Shown here: positions 18,401 through 29,100 of the stretch, in pieces | Layout of the letters: each line of letters opens with the position of its first letter | Numbering within the stretch: the first letter of the stretch is position 1 | Source of the DNA: an uncultured archaeon | GTDB taxonomy: Archaea > Iainarchaeota > Iainarchaeia > Iainarchaeales > Iainarchaeaceae | Reading direction: 5' to 3' | DNA length: 32,000 nt | NCBI GenBank assembly: GCA_964577555.1 | Contig: CAZNZM010000005.1 | Span: 13,773 to 45,772, forward strand | The notes under the pieces: model-generated | Told to the model about the DNA's origin: nothing | What the model saw: only the letters and a program-made list of their open reading frames with translations | Databases searched by the model: none | Program-made: the position numbers and the translations under genes

Positions 18401-21400
18401 GAGCATTAATAATCACTCTTATATTTTTTGCGAGTTGGGTTTTTTTGTCCGAACCGAACTTTCCGCTAATAACCACAGGATATTGTCCAGGATTATTTTG
18501 CTCTGCAAACACTTCAATTGCCCTGCTTTGGCCAGGCGCAAGCGTGAATTTTCTTTCAGGATTGGTTTTAAGCGGGCTTTTTATTTCAAAGTCTATAGGC
18601 TCGCCGCATATTTCAGTGGCAGTAATAGTGAATATTCCTGTTTCTTTTTGGTTTATTGCAATTCTTTCTTTGTCATAAGCCAAACATTCAGTCAGATTGA
18701 CGGAAGTAATTTTTGTTTTTATTTTGTTGTTAAGTATTTGGGCTCCATTATCAACCGGGTTTGAAGCCTGTATTTCCACTTCCGCTTCAGCTGTTCCATT
18801 GACTCCGCCATAAGGAGTAAAAGTCAGTATTCCTGTCACGCTTTGCTGTGCTTCCAATTTTCCAAGCATGAGTTTAAAGTAGCCAGGCCTTAATATAGTG
18901 TCCCCAGCTCCTTCAATGCTTATCTTATATTCCCCAATTTGGTTTGTCTTCAAGTTTATTTTAGCTTCCAAGTCTTGCAATGCAACCGGCTTTTTTCCTA
19001 TGGTGCAATTGTTTTGTATTAAAAACTCCATTCTTTTTGGCGAACCCGAAGTGCTTGTAACCCACTCGTTTTTTGAAAGTACAAGACAAGTCGGGTCGTC
19101 AACTTCGTTTCCAAGTCCTATTGAAATTTTTACAGGCACTTTTATGTTCCATTCTTCGCCGAAAACCGATACTATTATTTCAAGTTCAGCGTCAATGTTT
19201 TGCCTTTGTTTTAAAAGCATCGCGTCCTGTGACAAAAAGGTTTTTACTACTATTTCCTGCCTCTCGCCTGTTTTAAGAGCCATACCCTTGTAGGAGCTTT
19301 CAAGCCAATTTCTTACTTTTTGAATATCAACAAGTTTTTTGAAATTTCCTTTCAAAGCTATTTGCTTTATGGTCAAATCATAAGGCGCCGCGTTTCTTAT
19401 TGAAATCTTGTCAGAGCTTTCAACCTTGTCTTTAGTATTAAGACTTACTCCCAATTGCGAAGGCGTTGCCTCAACAAGCTTGTCGCTTACCATTAATTCT
19501 ATTTCCTTGACATTAAAATTCGCTTTTTCAACTTGCAATTTGAGCTTTTCCCCTGGCTTCTGCCCCGGCAAAGTGATAGTGGCAGTGCCATCAGGCCTTG
19601 TAAAAGCATAATCAATCACATTGTCAAACTTGTCAAGTATTCTTACAACAGCCTTGTCAACTTCCTGCCCATTTGCCGAATCCCTTATAACAACTTTTAT
19701 ATCAGTGGGTATTCCTGAAGCGAAAAACGTTTTGTCAATTTCCACGCTTAACTCTTGCGGCGCTGAAACAATTATAGTCAAATTTTTTTCATAAACTATT
19801 TTTTGGTCAGACGCCAATTTGATATTCACTACTCCGTTTATCGATTTTTGAGGTATAAATTCGGCTTCAATTCTCACTGATTTGTCAGGCGAAAGCTCGC
19901 CAACATTAATCTTTGGAAACTCAAAGCCATTTACAACCCCTTTTCTTGAAACGGTTTCCGCATCAATGGCTTCGTAATTAAAAAACTTTATTGATTTGTC
20001 GGGATTGTTTACCCTCAAGTTAGCGTTGTTGTGTATTATGGTTTGGGAATTATTTTTTATTATGAATAACATCCTATATTTGTTGAATATTCTTGCATTG
20101 TATGTATCGGTTACCGATTCAAGCAAATCCTTTTCAATATCAAGTATTGTGGATGTAAAACAAAATTGTTCGTCACAAAGCGTTACTGCCCCCACTTCAA
20201 ATATTTCCTGTTTGGTGTTGCTGTACAATTCATTAGTAACCGTATTGTCAATTGGGTCCCTCTCAACACTACTGCCTATTTCTCCGCGGACTTTGTAATT
20301 AAGCACCAGCTTGTCTCCCAAAGATGCAGTGTTTTTTATATTCACTTCAGCATCCACTTCATAAATTCCCGGCAATGGATCAACCCATTCAACATTAACC
20401 CATTTTGCATCATCAATCGTAACATCATAATCCGAAGCATCCAGCCTTGTTGCTTCTTTTTCAAACTTTGTGGCTCTTATTTGCCTTGTCAAAGGAGCGC
20501 TTACTTCTCCCAAATAAATTTCGTCTTTTTCCATTATCGTATCTTCGCCAGCCCTTATATGCATTTCAATATTATCATAAGTTTCATCTTCCTCCTTTTC
20601 AGGAACCCTTACTTGGAATTTTGCAATATATTTTCCACCCGCCTTCACAATGTCAGCTTTTTTGTCTTTTTCATAAAGCCTTTTGAACAAAACCTGTATT
20701 TTTTTATCAAGTATGGGTTTCTCCATTACAACTTCAAAAGAAACAACGCCTTGAGGCACAAGAGATTTTTTTGTTGTGACATAAGGAGTATAAACTTCTT
20801 CGTCCTCCTTTTTGACAATCGCGTAAACTTTTGCATTAGCCCTTATTTCTCTTTCAAAAGTGCCGTTTGAATCAGTGAATTCAGGCCCTGCAATCGGAAA
20901 GTTTGTGCGCGAATCTAAAAGAGTCACATTTGCAAAAGGAATCGGATTGCCTTCCTTGTCAACCACATGAACCCTTACAATAGACTTTCCAACATCCATT
21001 TTTACTATAAGATTCGGCTCTCCTTCGTCTTTTTGCGCTCCATTGAAATAAGCTGCGTCGCTTCTTCCTGAAAATCCTTCCCTGAATGCGAAAGCCCAAT
21101 AGTTTCCAGCGCTTACACCGAAAAACCTTGCAATGCCATTAACATCGGTTTTTCTGGTGTCATAACCTGCAAGATTGTTTGTTGAAGCATTATAAATCGC
21201 AACAACCGCATTGTTAATTGCGTTGTTTTCTTGGTCCACTACTTTTACTCTAAGCACTCCGCAAGTGGTATTAGTGCATTTTTCAACCTCTATTTTTACT
21301 ACATCATTTGACATTCTCAAACCTGAAACACTCTTGAATTGGTAGCCTTCGGCAATTACGTTTGCAATATAATCAACTTCCCTGCTTAATGGGAATTCAG

Positions 21401-22556
21401 TTTCGCCATCATTATTTGTAGTATTTGTAGTCACTTCGTTGCCGTTTGATGCGAAAACCAATTTTACACGAGCATTTCTTATTGCCGAGCCGTTCCTCTT
21501 GTCAACAACTTTGACTTTTATTTTTCCTTTTATATCCTCAGCCAAAGAAATATTGACTGACGATGTTTCCCCAGCAGTTATTGTCGCTCTTCTTTCACCT
21601 TGCCCATATACTCCGGCGCTGTCAAAAGTCCTCAAAACATAAGTTCCCGGCAATTCATTGAAAGTAGCCTGTCCAGATTGGGTTATATCGCCATTAAGCG
21701 GCCCCACATTGGGATTTTCAAGCAATTCTTCATACTTGTATATTTCAACCCTTATTCCATCAAGCGGCTCGTTTTTTGAATCCGTTACCATTACATTAAG
21801 GGTTCCTTTTGGTTGGCTTACAGGTTGCAACCTGATTGTTTGCTCTTCAGAAGAAACAAGATAACCGCTTACTTCTCTGTATTTTGTTGAATCAGTAATA
21901 TCAACGGTCAACCTGCCGCAATTGTTTGGCACTCTTACCTTTGCCTGTCCGCGAGAACTTGCATCCAAATCAATAGGCTCCGGAGCTCTCACAGAAGTAT
22001 TTGAACACTTGAATCTCAAAGTCAAAGGCTCGGTTATTGTTTGTCCAAAAGAATCAACCAACTTTATTGTCCTTTCAGTTAAACTTGCCTCTGCTTCCTT
22101 TTCCAAAGTCACGACTTCAACTTGAGGAACAACATTAATAAGTACGGCCTTTTCAACCTGAACATAACCATCCTTGCTTACTTTTACATTAACCTTGTCA
22201 TTTTCTTTAACACCAAAATACTTTGCATTTCCTTCTGAATCGGTTTTCACCAACACAACATCCGCATCCTGCTTTGAAAAAGAAACCAAAGCACCCTCAA
22301 TCGCTTTTGCATCTTTATCAATTACATTTATTGTAAGAGTATCCTTTGGACCCTCAAAAAACCCAAGAAAAGCCAAGCCACCAAGAGCCAAAAAAACAAG
22401 CCCCAAAAAAATGAAAACAAGAAGACTTGGAGCAATCCTGTCAATAGGGTCAATTATTTCATAAACAGGAATTCTTTCATTTATCGAATCAAGAAAATCA
22501 TAATACTTTTCTTCAATTGAATAATAAAACTCCTTGATTCCGTCAAAAAAACCCAC
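15450..22556 (-). CDS. Giant membrane-anchored extracellular repeat protein, 2368 aa (paralog B; GTG start)
   Basis: Single ORF starting at GTG (22556) with GGTGAT a few bases upstream. N-terminal TM (LLVFIFLGLVFLALGGLAFLGFF), repeated beta domains (LRVKVVDQENNAINNAVVAIYN..., VRVHVVDKEGNPIPFANVTLLD...), C-x3-F-C, and C-terminal domain shared with paralogs. Confidence 0.95.
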   Translation of the reverse strand: MGFFDGIKEFYYSIEEKYYDFLDSINERIPVYEIIDPIDRIAPSLLVFIFLGLVFLALGGLAFLGFFEGPKDTLTINVIDKDAKAIEGALVSFSKQDADVVLVKTDSEGNAKYFGVKENDKVNVKVSKDGYVQVEKAVLINVVPQVEVVTLEKEAEASLTERTIKLVDSFGQTITEPLTLRFKCSNTSVRAPEPIDLDASSRGQAKVRVPNNCGRLTVDITDSTKYREVSGYLVSSEEQTIRLQPVSQPKGTLNVMVTDSKNEPLDGIRVEIYKYEELLENPNVGPLNGDITQSGQATFNELPGTYVLRTFDSAGVYGQGERRATITAGETSSVNISLAEDIKGKIKVKVVDKRNGSAIRNARVKLVFASNGNEVTTNTTNNDGETEFPLSREVDYIANVIAEGYQFKSVSGLRMSNDVVKIEVEKCTNTTCGVLRVKVVDQENNAINNAVVAIYNASTNNLAGYDTRKTDVNGIARFFGVSAGNYWAFAFREGFSGRSDAAYFNGAQKDEGEPNLIVKMDVGKSIVRVHVVDKEGNPIPFANVTLLDSRTNFPIAGPEFTDSNGTFEREIRANAKVYAIVKKEDEEVYTPYVTTKKSLVPQGVVSFEVVMEKPILDKKIQVLFKRLYEKDKKADIVKAGGKYIAKFQVRVPEKEEDETYDNIEMHIRAGEDTIMEKDEIYLGEVSAPLTRQIRATKFEKEATRLDASDYDVTIDDAKWVNVEWVDPLPGIYEVDAEVNIKNTASLGDKLVLNYKVRGEIGSSVERDPIDNTVTNELYSNTKQEIFEVGAVTLCDEQFCFTSTILDIEKDLLESVTDTYNARIFNKYRMLFIIKNNSQTIIHNNANLRVNNPDKSIKFFNYEAIDAETVSRKGVVNGFEFPKINVGELSPDKSVRIEAEFIPQKSINGVVNIKLASDQKIVYEKNLTIIVSAPQELSVEIDKTFFASGIPTDIKVVIRDSANGQEVDKAVVRILDKFDNVIDYAFTRPDGTATITLPGQKPGEKLKLQVEKANFNVKEIELMVSDKLVEATPSQLGVSLNTKDKVESSDKISIRNAAPYDLTIKQIALKGNFKKLVDIQKVRNWLESSYKGMALKTGERQEIVVKTFLSQDAMLLKQRQNIDAELEIIVSVFGEEWNIKVPVKISIGLGNEVDDPTCLVLSKNEWVTSTSGSPKRMEFLIQNNCTIGKKPVALQDLEAKINLKTNQIGEYKISIEGAGDTILRPGYFKLMLGKLEAQQSVTGILTFTPYGGVNGTAEAEVEIQASNPVDNGAQILNNKIKTKITSVNLTECLAYDKERIAINQKETGIFTITATEICGEPIDFEIKSPLKTNPERKFTLAPGQSRAIEVFAEQNNPGQYPVVISGKFGSDKKTQLAKNIRVIINAPGCWQLSKYEFEVYDDPKVDIDGFDSAKIANNCVERPVEVKVNTKDFLDALQDGLAYGAISAGLVMLTNWGAGDREILTGKPKTDNNKTNTTAQSEKQEQDVTNLPPIAFANILPITGRMSIGNSAAQGAAGSLAEGLLKSGAGLVRGVFGTSPLAAGLLGGFVGTLISYSGQEKEVPFTILQPDVEIQRIKLVQGEGQQAVEDDKIRLEVEGLGKEKEESSTIVPMPLTNTPSDVLSQGTQIYKAVFVNDSRLITTEEAPYYSNLLINGIRHKYKDKTYKKKDFYDEEGGFLGFFDTSTLNKQKKKLEEDLPSQRLEQTYKLEFNAVPPEIETIQAPSILNCQDGEKTGATGPDALPKIKLAWNWSSIAENECNENNPNGVYCDATQFSIAILKKIKILDDFLRQNASQFQCPTPGENTSIKNEIGSYDVGIASLDTIKTGNSIEVIAEVKNTNPSQIETDVVLKIKPISNAPEIICSGGTQKILLAAGTTQEVKCTFNNLAQGYYTANATISPKISCEKCEDVSATNSASKNLFIGESGLGQCTPYSTTRLAEFLKASGIRNNEIVQLVNFNALLMVDGYSKDFQHDFDVASNNTFFQAPEWYFSMQGIPESGLGTYFRDQKLFTFDAYSQPDFTLPGPGTYNITIDINYEDKDWKLFDNTGKPTAKIVVRMEKVKGAQPDSPFYYLPINGLVGVPPLDEDVKRGGRTGYGINFEGDSILIDNGSNAVRTVDIAGSAPIENGILKVVKSNNFKAMQIDERGVIAKLSRVDGGLELLYQPSNATPVMLEIEKKTSGSAYAVYQPAIDGDAVNVGPYLTKWNGVGASCRGFDGSVMSQQNYITDTHGISTKCALVGLPKESRYAFEFCQDPVNFGKVFYETIFYTPQDSDSRLEIVDIASDEARLIGTTTGKRVPLNGNGVTPRITSLQDIFNLVKDEYICITGSNIKSEFFWNPKKLYSTILPKEEEAINQCIASPNTRKAF

Positions 22557-22600
22557 AAAATCACCAATTAACTGAAACTGATATAATAATCATTTAATCT

Positions 22601-22611
22601 AATTATAAAAG
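22601..22611 (-). promoter_or_regulatory. Candidate TATA box for the 2368-aa giant ORF
   Basis: Minus-strand CTTTTATAATT in the 100-bp gap between 22556 and 22657; a second candidate, GTTTATAAAG, is at about 22622..22631. Confidence 0.35.
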
Positions 22612-22656
22612 TTTCTTTCACCTTTATAAACTTTAATTTTTTTTGAATTTCACCTT

Positions 22657-23142
22657 TTAAAACGGCAATTCAACAATATAAGTATTTGCAGGCATCTGAA
22701 TCTTTATTGTTTCAATGATATAACCTGTTGCTAGTGAAAGCACCAAAACTATCAACACCAAAAAAAATATTTTCCATTTTTCTTCCCAAAAATTTTTTCT
22801 TCCAGCCATATCATCTTTTATTGCCAAACCTATTTCTATTCCTGAAGAATGCGCCACACCCAAAGGAAATATTGCAAGCAATATTAGCAACGGATTTGTA
22901 AACAAATAACCGCCAAAAATCAAGCCGATTACAAACATTACAACAAACGAAAATTTGGCATAATACAATATTGAAAGAGCCATCAAACCCAAACAAATAA
23001 ATGCGAGTTCAATTTGAATCGGAAAAGAAAATTTCAACAAAGGCTCTCCGTCTAAAAAAAAATTGGAAACAATATTTGAAGCAATAACTCCAATAACATA
23101 CAAGGCAAACCCAATCAACAAATTAATTCTATTGCCCAACAT
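22657..23142 (-). CDS. Multi-TM membrane protein, 161 aa; possible divergent SpoIIM/DUF95-like protein
   Basis: The upstream giant ORF's stop (TAA) is followed by GT and then this ATG. Several TM helices. The segment FPLGVAHSSGIEIGLAIKD followed by a TM ending GYIIETI resembles the SpoIIM 'pHGi.E.p' segment plus last TM, by eye only. Confidence 0.85.
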   Translation of the reverse strand: MLGNRINLLIGFALYVIGVIASNIVSNFFLDGEPLLKFSFPIQIELAFICLGLMALSILYYAKFSFVVMFVIGLIFGGYLFTNPLLILLAIFPLGVAHSSGIEIGLAIKDDMAGRKNFWEEKWKIFFLVLIVLVLSLATGYIIETIKIQMPANTYIVELPF

Positions 23143-23144
23143 AC

Positions 23145-26100
23145 TTATTCCATTTTTTTAGTAAAATATTCTGTATTCCATAAAAGTTCCATTTTTTGAT
23201 CCTCAACTTTAATGCAAACTTTCTCATCTTTAACCATGTTTAATAAATTTTGCAAATTATATTGTGTTCTTTTATAAGCTTTCATTTCGTCATTATTTAA
23301 CGAAACATCGCCGCGACCATCTGCTCTTCCGATTATATTATTTATTTTATTTATTTCTTTAGTTAGTATTGTACCTTCTTTAATGCATTTTACTGAAATA
23401 ACCGACCCAGTATCTTCTTGAACAACTTGTGCAGGCACATAAGCTAATGCTGAAAAAGTTTTGTTGAAAGGTTCGTTATCTGTGAACAATAACCCATAAT
23501 ATTTTTTATCATTAGTGCTCTCATCAGTATTACCTTTATCGCAAAGTTCATAACCATAAAATGGTCCATCTTTTGAATCAGCCAAATTTTTACTATTTTT
23601 TTCAATGTATTTTAGTTGGAAAGGCTCAGAGTTTCCATTATGCTTGAATTCATAGAAAACACCAGCAGGTTCTTCAGCTTGTTTAGTAATAGTCACTTCT
23701 ATCATTATAGGATTTGAAAGAGATGCACTAATAAGATCTTTTGAAATTGTCATTAATTTACCATTTTTTGTTGCTTCATAAGTTCTATTAATTGTTGTAC
23801 CTGCATTTCCACGTTGTTTGTAATTTTTGATTTGATAATTATCCTTGTCAAAGTTGTTTAAATAAATATTATTTACTCCATCACCGCTAAAAGAAGTTCC
23901 CCACTCAACTTTTCCATCAATTGGGATTTCAAACAAAACATTTTTTGAAAAACTCGTTTTATTGTCTTCATCTATTTTTTGCATTGTTCTGTCAATTTTC
24001 AGATAAACTTCAGCATTATAATCTGCTTTATTTTCCCATTTGTATTTTCCAATGCTTACGTTATAATCACCAGCATCCACATTTTTATCATTACTAGTGT
24101 TAAAAGTTAAATTGATTTCATAATATTGTTCTTTAAATTTTTCTTTAAATTCATTGTCATAGCTGTCCTTCATCAAGTACATTTTAGGTTCAATGTTTTC
24201 CTTGTAAAACTCAAAGAAATTTTTTATGCCATAATTACTGCTGACAATTCCTTTTTTCATCACCATTTCCTTGACTTTCTTGCTCATCTCTTTTTGATTG
24301 ATTGCAACTATTTTAAGCTTTCCATTATCAACTATGTTTTGTAATGCTTTTTTTAGATCGTCAATATTAATTTGATTATTATCACTAATACTAATGGTGT
24401 TGCAATTTTGAGTATTATTTTGAGTATTATTATTATTATTATTAATACAATTTACAATTTGTTCATGCGTTTTAATGTAACTTGTTAGCGGCGCATACCA
24501 AATTTTATTACTTCCCCCAATTGAAAAAGCGTTTTCGAATAAGTCGTTAAAATTAACACCGCTACTCAAATTTTTTACTTCCAAGTAAATTGCCAAACCA
24601 TTCATATCCTCATTTGAAATTTTAGTATTTGCTTCTTTAAGCACTTTTATTGTTTCATTCAAGATTGTTAGGTTATGTTGTTTATCAGTATTCGGTTTTT
24701 TTTGCAATAATTCTTCTAAACCTTCTTGCTTAAGCTTCATTATTTCAATCGCTTCGTCATTTTCATTCGTAAAAATTCCTTTTTCGTTTTGTTTCAGCAC
24801 ATACCTGAAAAGGTTTTCAGCTGTTTTATTAGCCGGATCTTCGCACTTGAAATTTGTTGCATTTTTTACACACTCACCAAATTTACTATCCGTTGTTGTT
24901 ATTTTTCCAGCAACTTCTTTGATTTTGTCAATCTTTTTTGTAATTGAAATAGTTGCTTGCACCGCGTCACAAAATATATTTCCTTTGCCAACGTCGCAAG
25001 TGTCTTCTTTGATTTCGTCTTTTCTCCAATCATACTTTATTTTTTCCAAACCGTATTTTTCAAATGCGGCTTCTCCTGTTTCTCCGCCGTTTTCACAAAT
25101 AGTAATCATGTATTCTTCCGGTGGTTTTCTGTCTTCTTTTTTATCATCAATTATTTCTTTTATATTGAATTTGACGTTGAGCCTTACAAGTTCTGATGAT
25201 GCTGTTATTGTTCTGCTTACTTTTGCAATTATGTCTTCATTTATTGTGGTTCCTGTTTTATTCCATTTTGAGGTGTCAAATGAAATTGCCAAATTGTGTT
25301 TTGGGTCTGTCGGGTCTGGCTGGATTTTCATTACAAGCCAGTTTTTTTGCCTGAAAACCATTTCTTGCGGGGAAAAATCGTGCAAGTAATCAGCCGTTCC
25401 GCACCCTTTTTCTTCGTCAATTATGAACAATCCTCCATTATCTTTTGTATAATATGTTCTATCTGTAGGCATGTTTCCTAGCCTTGTGAAATCAAGGGCT
25501 TGGTGGTTTATGCATTCGCTTGGCTTTTTTGCAGGACTTCCGAATGTTTCAAATTGTTCGTTAAGGCGTTCAGCGTACTCCAACGCGTTCCACAAATCCT
25601 GTACAATTATAGGGAATGCTATTTGTTGTTGCATTCCAAACGGATTTATGAATTTGACAATAAGGCTTGTTCTTGCTTGTATAGCATAATAACCAGAAGT
25701 CAAGAAATACCTCAAGTTTCCAATGTCTTTGAATATGTTTGGTCCGAACAATTCCGCTTTTGGCGCGTTGTTTCTGTATTTTTTGAGAGCCTTGACTATT
25801 TCAAAAGACAATACTTGGGTTACTTTGCCGTTTGGTTGTGTGAGGTATTCAGGGCCAAGGAATGTATAGCTTTCAATAAGTTCTCTTGCGCTTCCCGCGG
25901 ATTGATTGGCTGTCAAGTTGCTTTCATTCGCAACTCTGTATGGTTGTCCGTTTATCGGGTTATAATTCGGATATTGTCCAACTTGATAACCAAATCCAGT
26001 GTCTGCAGGATTGGCAATTGCCAAGCCAGGGAAAAATATTGTTGAAGTGCTTTCTTCAAGATAAACGCCTTCAGCATAGCAAGTATTTATCACTTTCAAT

Positions 26101-29100
26101 GTTACTGGCAAGCCAAAGTAATTGTTGAATGCAATTGTTCTGGCAGGATCAATTGATATGCAGTCCCTGTAATTTTTTGACCAAGGATTTGTCACATTGA
26201 CATACACCGTTTTTATTTTGTTTGTTTTTTGCGAACTGTTTGCCTGCCTTGCCTTGATGTCAAGCGCGTATCTACCAAAGAAATTTGAAGGCTCAACTAT
26301 TACATCTGATTCTTTGCCAGGTTCAATTGTAATCATCTTGTCTTTTACGGTTATGCCGGGCTGTGCATCAAAACTTATTTCTATTGGAGCTTGGCAACTG
26401 TTTCTTATTCTGAAGCCACCTGTTCCGCAACTCCAAGCCATCATAGCATTTGGCGAATAAGAAGCCATTCCAGAATAGAATGGCGCGCCAAAGTAAGAGT
26501 TAGGATAATATGCGTTGGAATAACCATACATTCCAAGGTCTCCATAAGTATTTGGTGTTGAAGGAGTTCCAAGATAGGGCGGTTGTCCGGTGCCATAGCC
26601 ATACCTTGAAGTCATTGGGTCAAAAGCACCATACCTTGAATTTGAATATTGCGAAAACCTGTTTCCGTAAAGCCCGAAACCAATGTTGTAAGGACAACTT
26701 TGAACTACAATATCCCTGTCCGTTAATGTTTCAATGCATTCGTTGATGTTATTAATGCTTATATTGACATTGATTTTTTGCAAAAGCTTTTGTTCGCCGG
26801 TTTGAGTAAAGTTTGATGCTTGCAATTCAATCCTTGCATTTGCCGTGCCACTAATTATATTGTCAGGCTTGAATTTGAAAGTAATTACTTGATCAGAGTC
26901 TTTTTCCAAAACATCAAAAACTTTTCTGAAAACCCCGTCTATTTTGCTTTCAAATCCATTATCAGTGCCGGCAGTGAACGAGCCAAAAATGTTTTGGTTG
27001 CCTGAAACAACTCTTGCAGAAATATTTCTAAGATTGACTTTTTTGCTTCCAGATTTGCAGTTATTAACCAAAGTCACTGCAAATTGGCTTGTTTCGCTTG
27101 GCGTTCCGCTTATTTTCCACTCTATTGGGTTTTTAAGGTTAGCGACAGGTGCAATCATAAAGCATCCTGTGTCATCCACTTCATCGCCAAACCCGATGTT
27201 GATTTCTATCGGAATTTGAGCAACCCATTTTTGTCCAAAAGCATCATTGCTTGCTGTAATGATTGCTGAACCAACTACTCTTGTAGGTTGTGTTATGTTA
27301 GAGCTTGTTGCAACAAGACTCAAGTTGCCAGACATTAGAATGTTGCTGTCTGGTTGAATTGATGCAGGCAAGTTTGGTTCAAACAATTTGATTTGAACAT
27401 AACCTTCAAGAGATTTGCTGAAATTTATTTTTTCAATTTGCAAAGGTATTTGAGTTATATTCAATATTTTTCCTTCAAAGTTTTTAGGTTCGGAATCGTC
27501 AATATTAATATTCAATTTGATTGTTTTTGGTTCTGTAACAATTATGTTCGACGAGGACTTCATTTCCAATTGTGCCTGCTTATAACCTGTCTTTTCCGCG
27601 CTTATAATTATGCTTGAACCCTCGGAAGGCGAAGACAAAGTATAAGAAAATACTCCTTCAAAATCAGTGTCTCCAGAAGCCACAACCTCATCATTTTTTC
27701 TTATGCTGACTTTTGCATTAGGAATTCCAGTGCCATCAGTATTACTGACTTTTACCAACAAATTATTGTTTATCAAAGGCACGATTATTTTTGGCAAAAC
27801 ATCGATATTCATTTGTCTTGCAGGCTGGACTTTTATAAAAATGGTTTTCTTGTATATTTCTGACGCATTGCTTCCCGAAACGCTTGATACTATCGACAAT
27901 TCAACAGGCAACGTTCCTTCCTTTTTAGTGGTGAATTCAATTGTTCCGAAAATGACAGAACCATAAGAAAGCTCTCCAACAGAAAGCTTCAATTCTGATC
28001 CATTAAGCCTGCCTTGTTTTTGTTCTCCAAGTGCAGTTTTTACATCATAAGAATTCATTACAAGCCCAGCTGTCTTGTCTTTCACAGAAATTTGAGTTGA
28101 ACCGAAAGGTGTTTTTGATATTGTTGAAATCTCAAAATTAAGTTTGTAACTGCTTTCAATTTGTGCATTATAAGACTCGGCAACATTTGAAGCAATTCCT
28201 TCCCTCAAATCTTCTATGGAATAAGAAGCGCAAAAATCTTCACTGCAAAGAGATGAAGGCCCTATTGAAAAAGACATTTTCAAAGAATTAGCATAAAGCC
28301 CTTGCTTTTGTGAGGTAGAACCGCTTGTGCCAAGCATTGAATCAACAGGCGCCCTTACAAACCCACTGCTTTTGCCTGCAGCCCTATACCATATTTCTCC
28401 AGAAGAACCAATTTTGGCTTCATCCCTTACTTGCACATCGGCTTCAATTTCATAAACCCCTCCTTTAATAGACTTGAATAAAGCGTTACCCCACTTTGCG
28501 TTTCCTGAAGTAAGATGCTGTAAATCAGTTGCTTGACCGACAGGCGGATTATAAGTAGTGCCTTTTAAAATTGAATTATACGCGCCTCTGATATCAGTTA
28601 TATATGCCACGTCTTTTTCCATTGAAGTGCTCGTATCCTTGCCAGTCCTAATATGCACTTCAACCTCGTCAAACACGGAATTTTTAGGCACAAAAAGCCT
28701 GAATTTGGCAGTATACTTTTGTCCAGGAGAAAGTGCTGAATCGCTTTCCGAAACTTTTTCATTTCCAGCATACAACCCATCAGGTTCTATGCCGAATGCA
28801 GAGACGCTTTTAAACAACACAACCCTTTTTTCAATTGAAACATCTTTTTGCATTTGAATCGGAATAGTCACATAATCCGAAAACCCAGAAGCTGAAACAG
28901 AGAGGAAAACTTTTTTATCAGCCCTCACAATTATTTCCTTCTTTCCATCAGAATCTGTTGTAGTTTCATCCAGAACTTCAAAACTGGATGCATCAACAGC
29001 CTTTACCATTGCACCTACAACAGGGCTTCCTTGTTCGTCAAAAACCCCAAAATTTATTTTGCCAGAACCAAGAGGAATTTTTATTTTCAAAATGTTTTGT

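Noticed and set aside
20166-20870. 234-aa + strand ORF
   Set aside because: Antisense to the C-x3-F-C region of the 2368-aa giant ORF; Phe/Asn/Tyr-rich with no domain.
24847-26045. 180-aa and 181-aa + strand ORFs (24847..25389, 25500..26045)
   Set aside because: Antisense shadows within the 2497-aa giant ORF; no RBS or homology seen.
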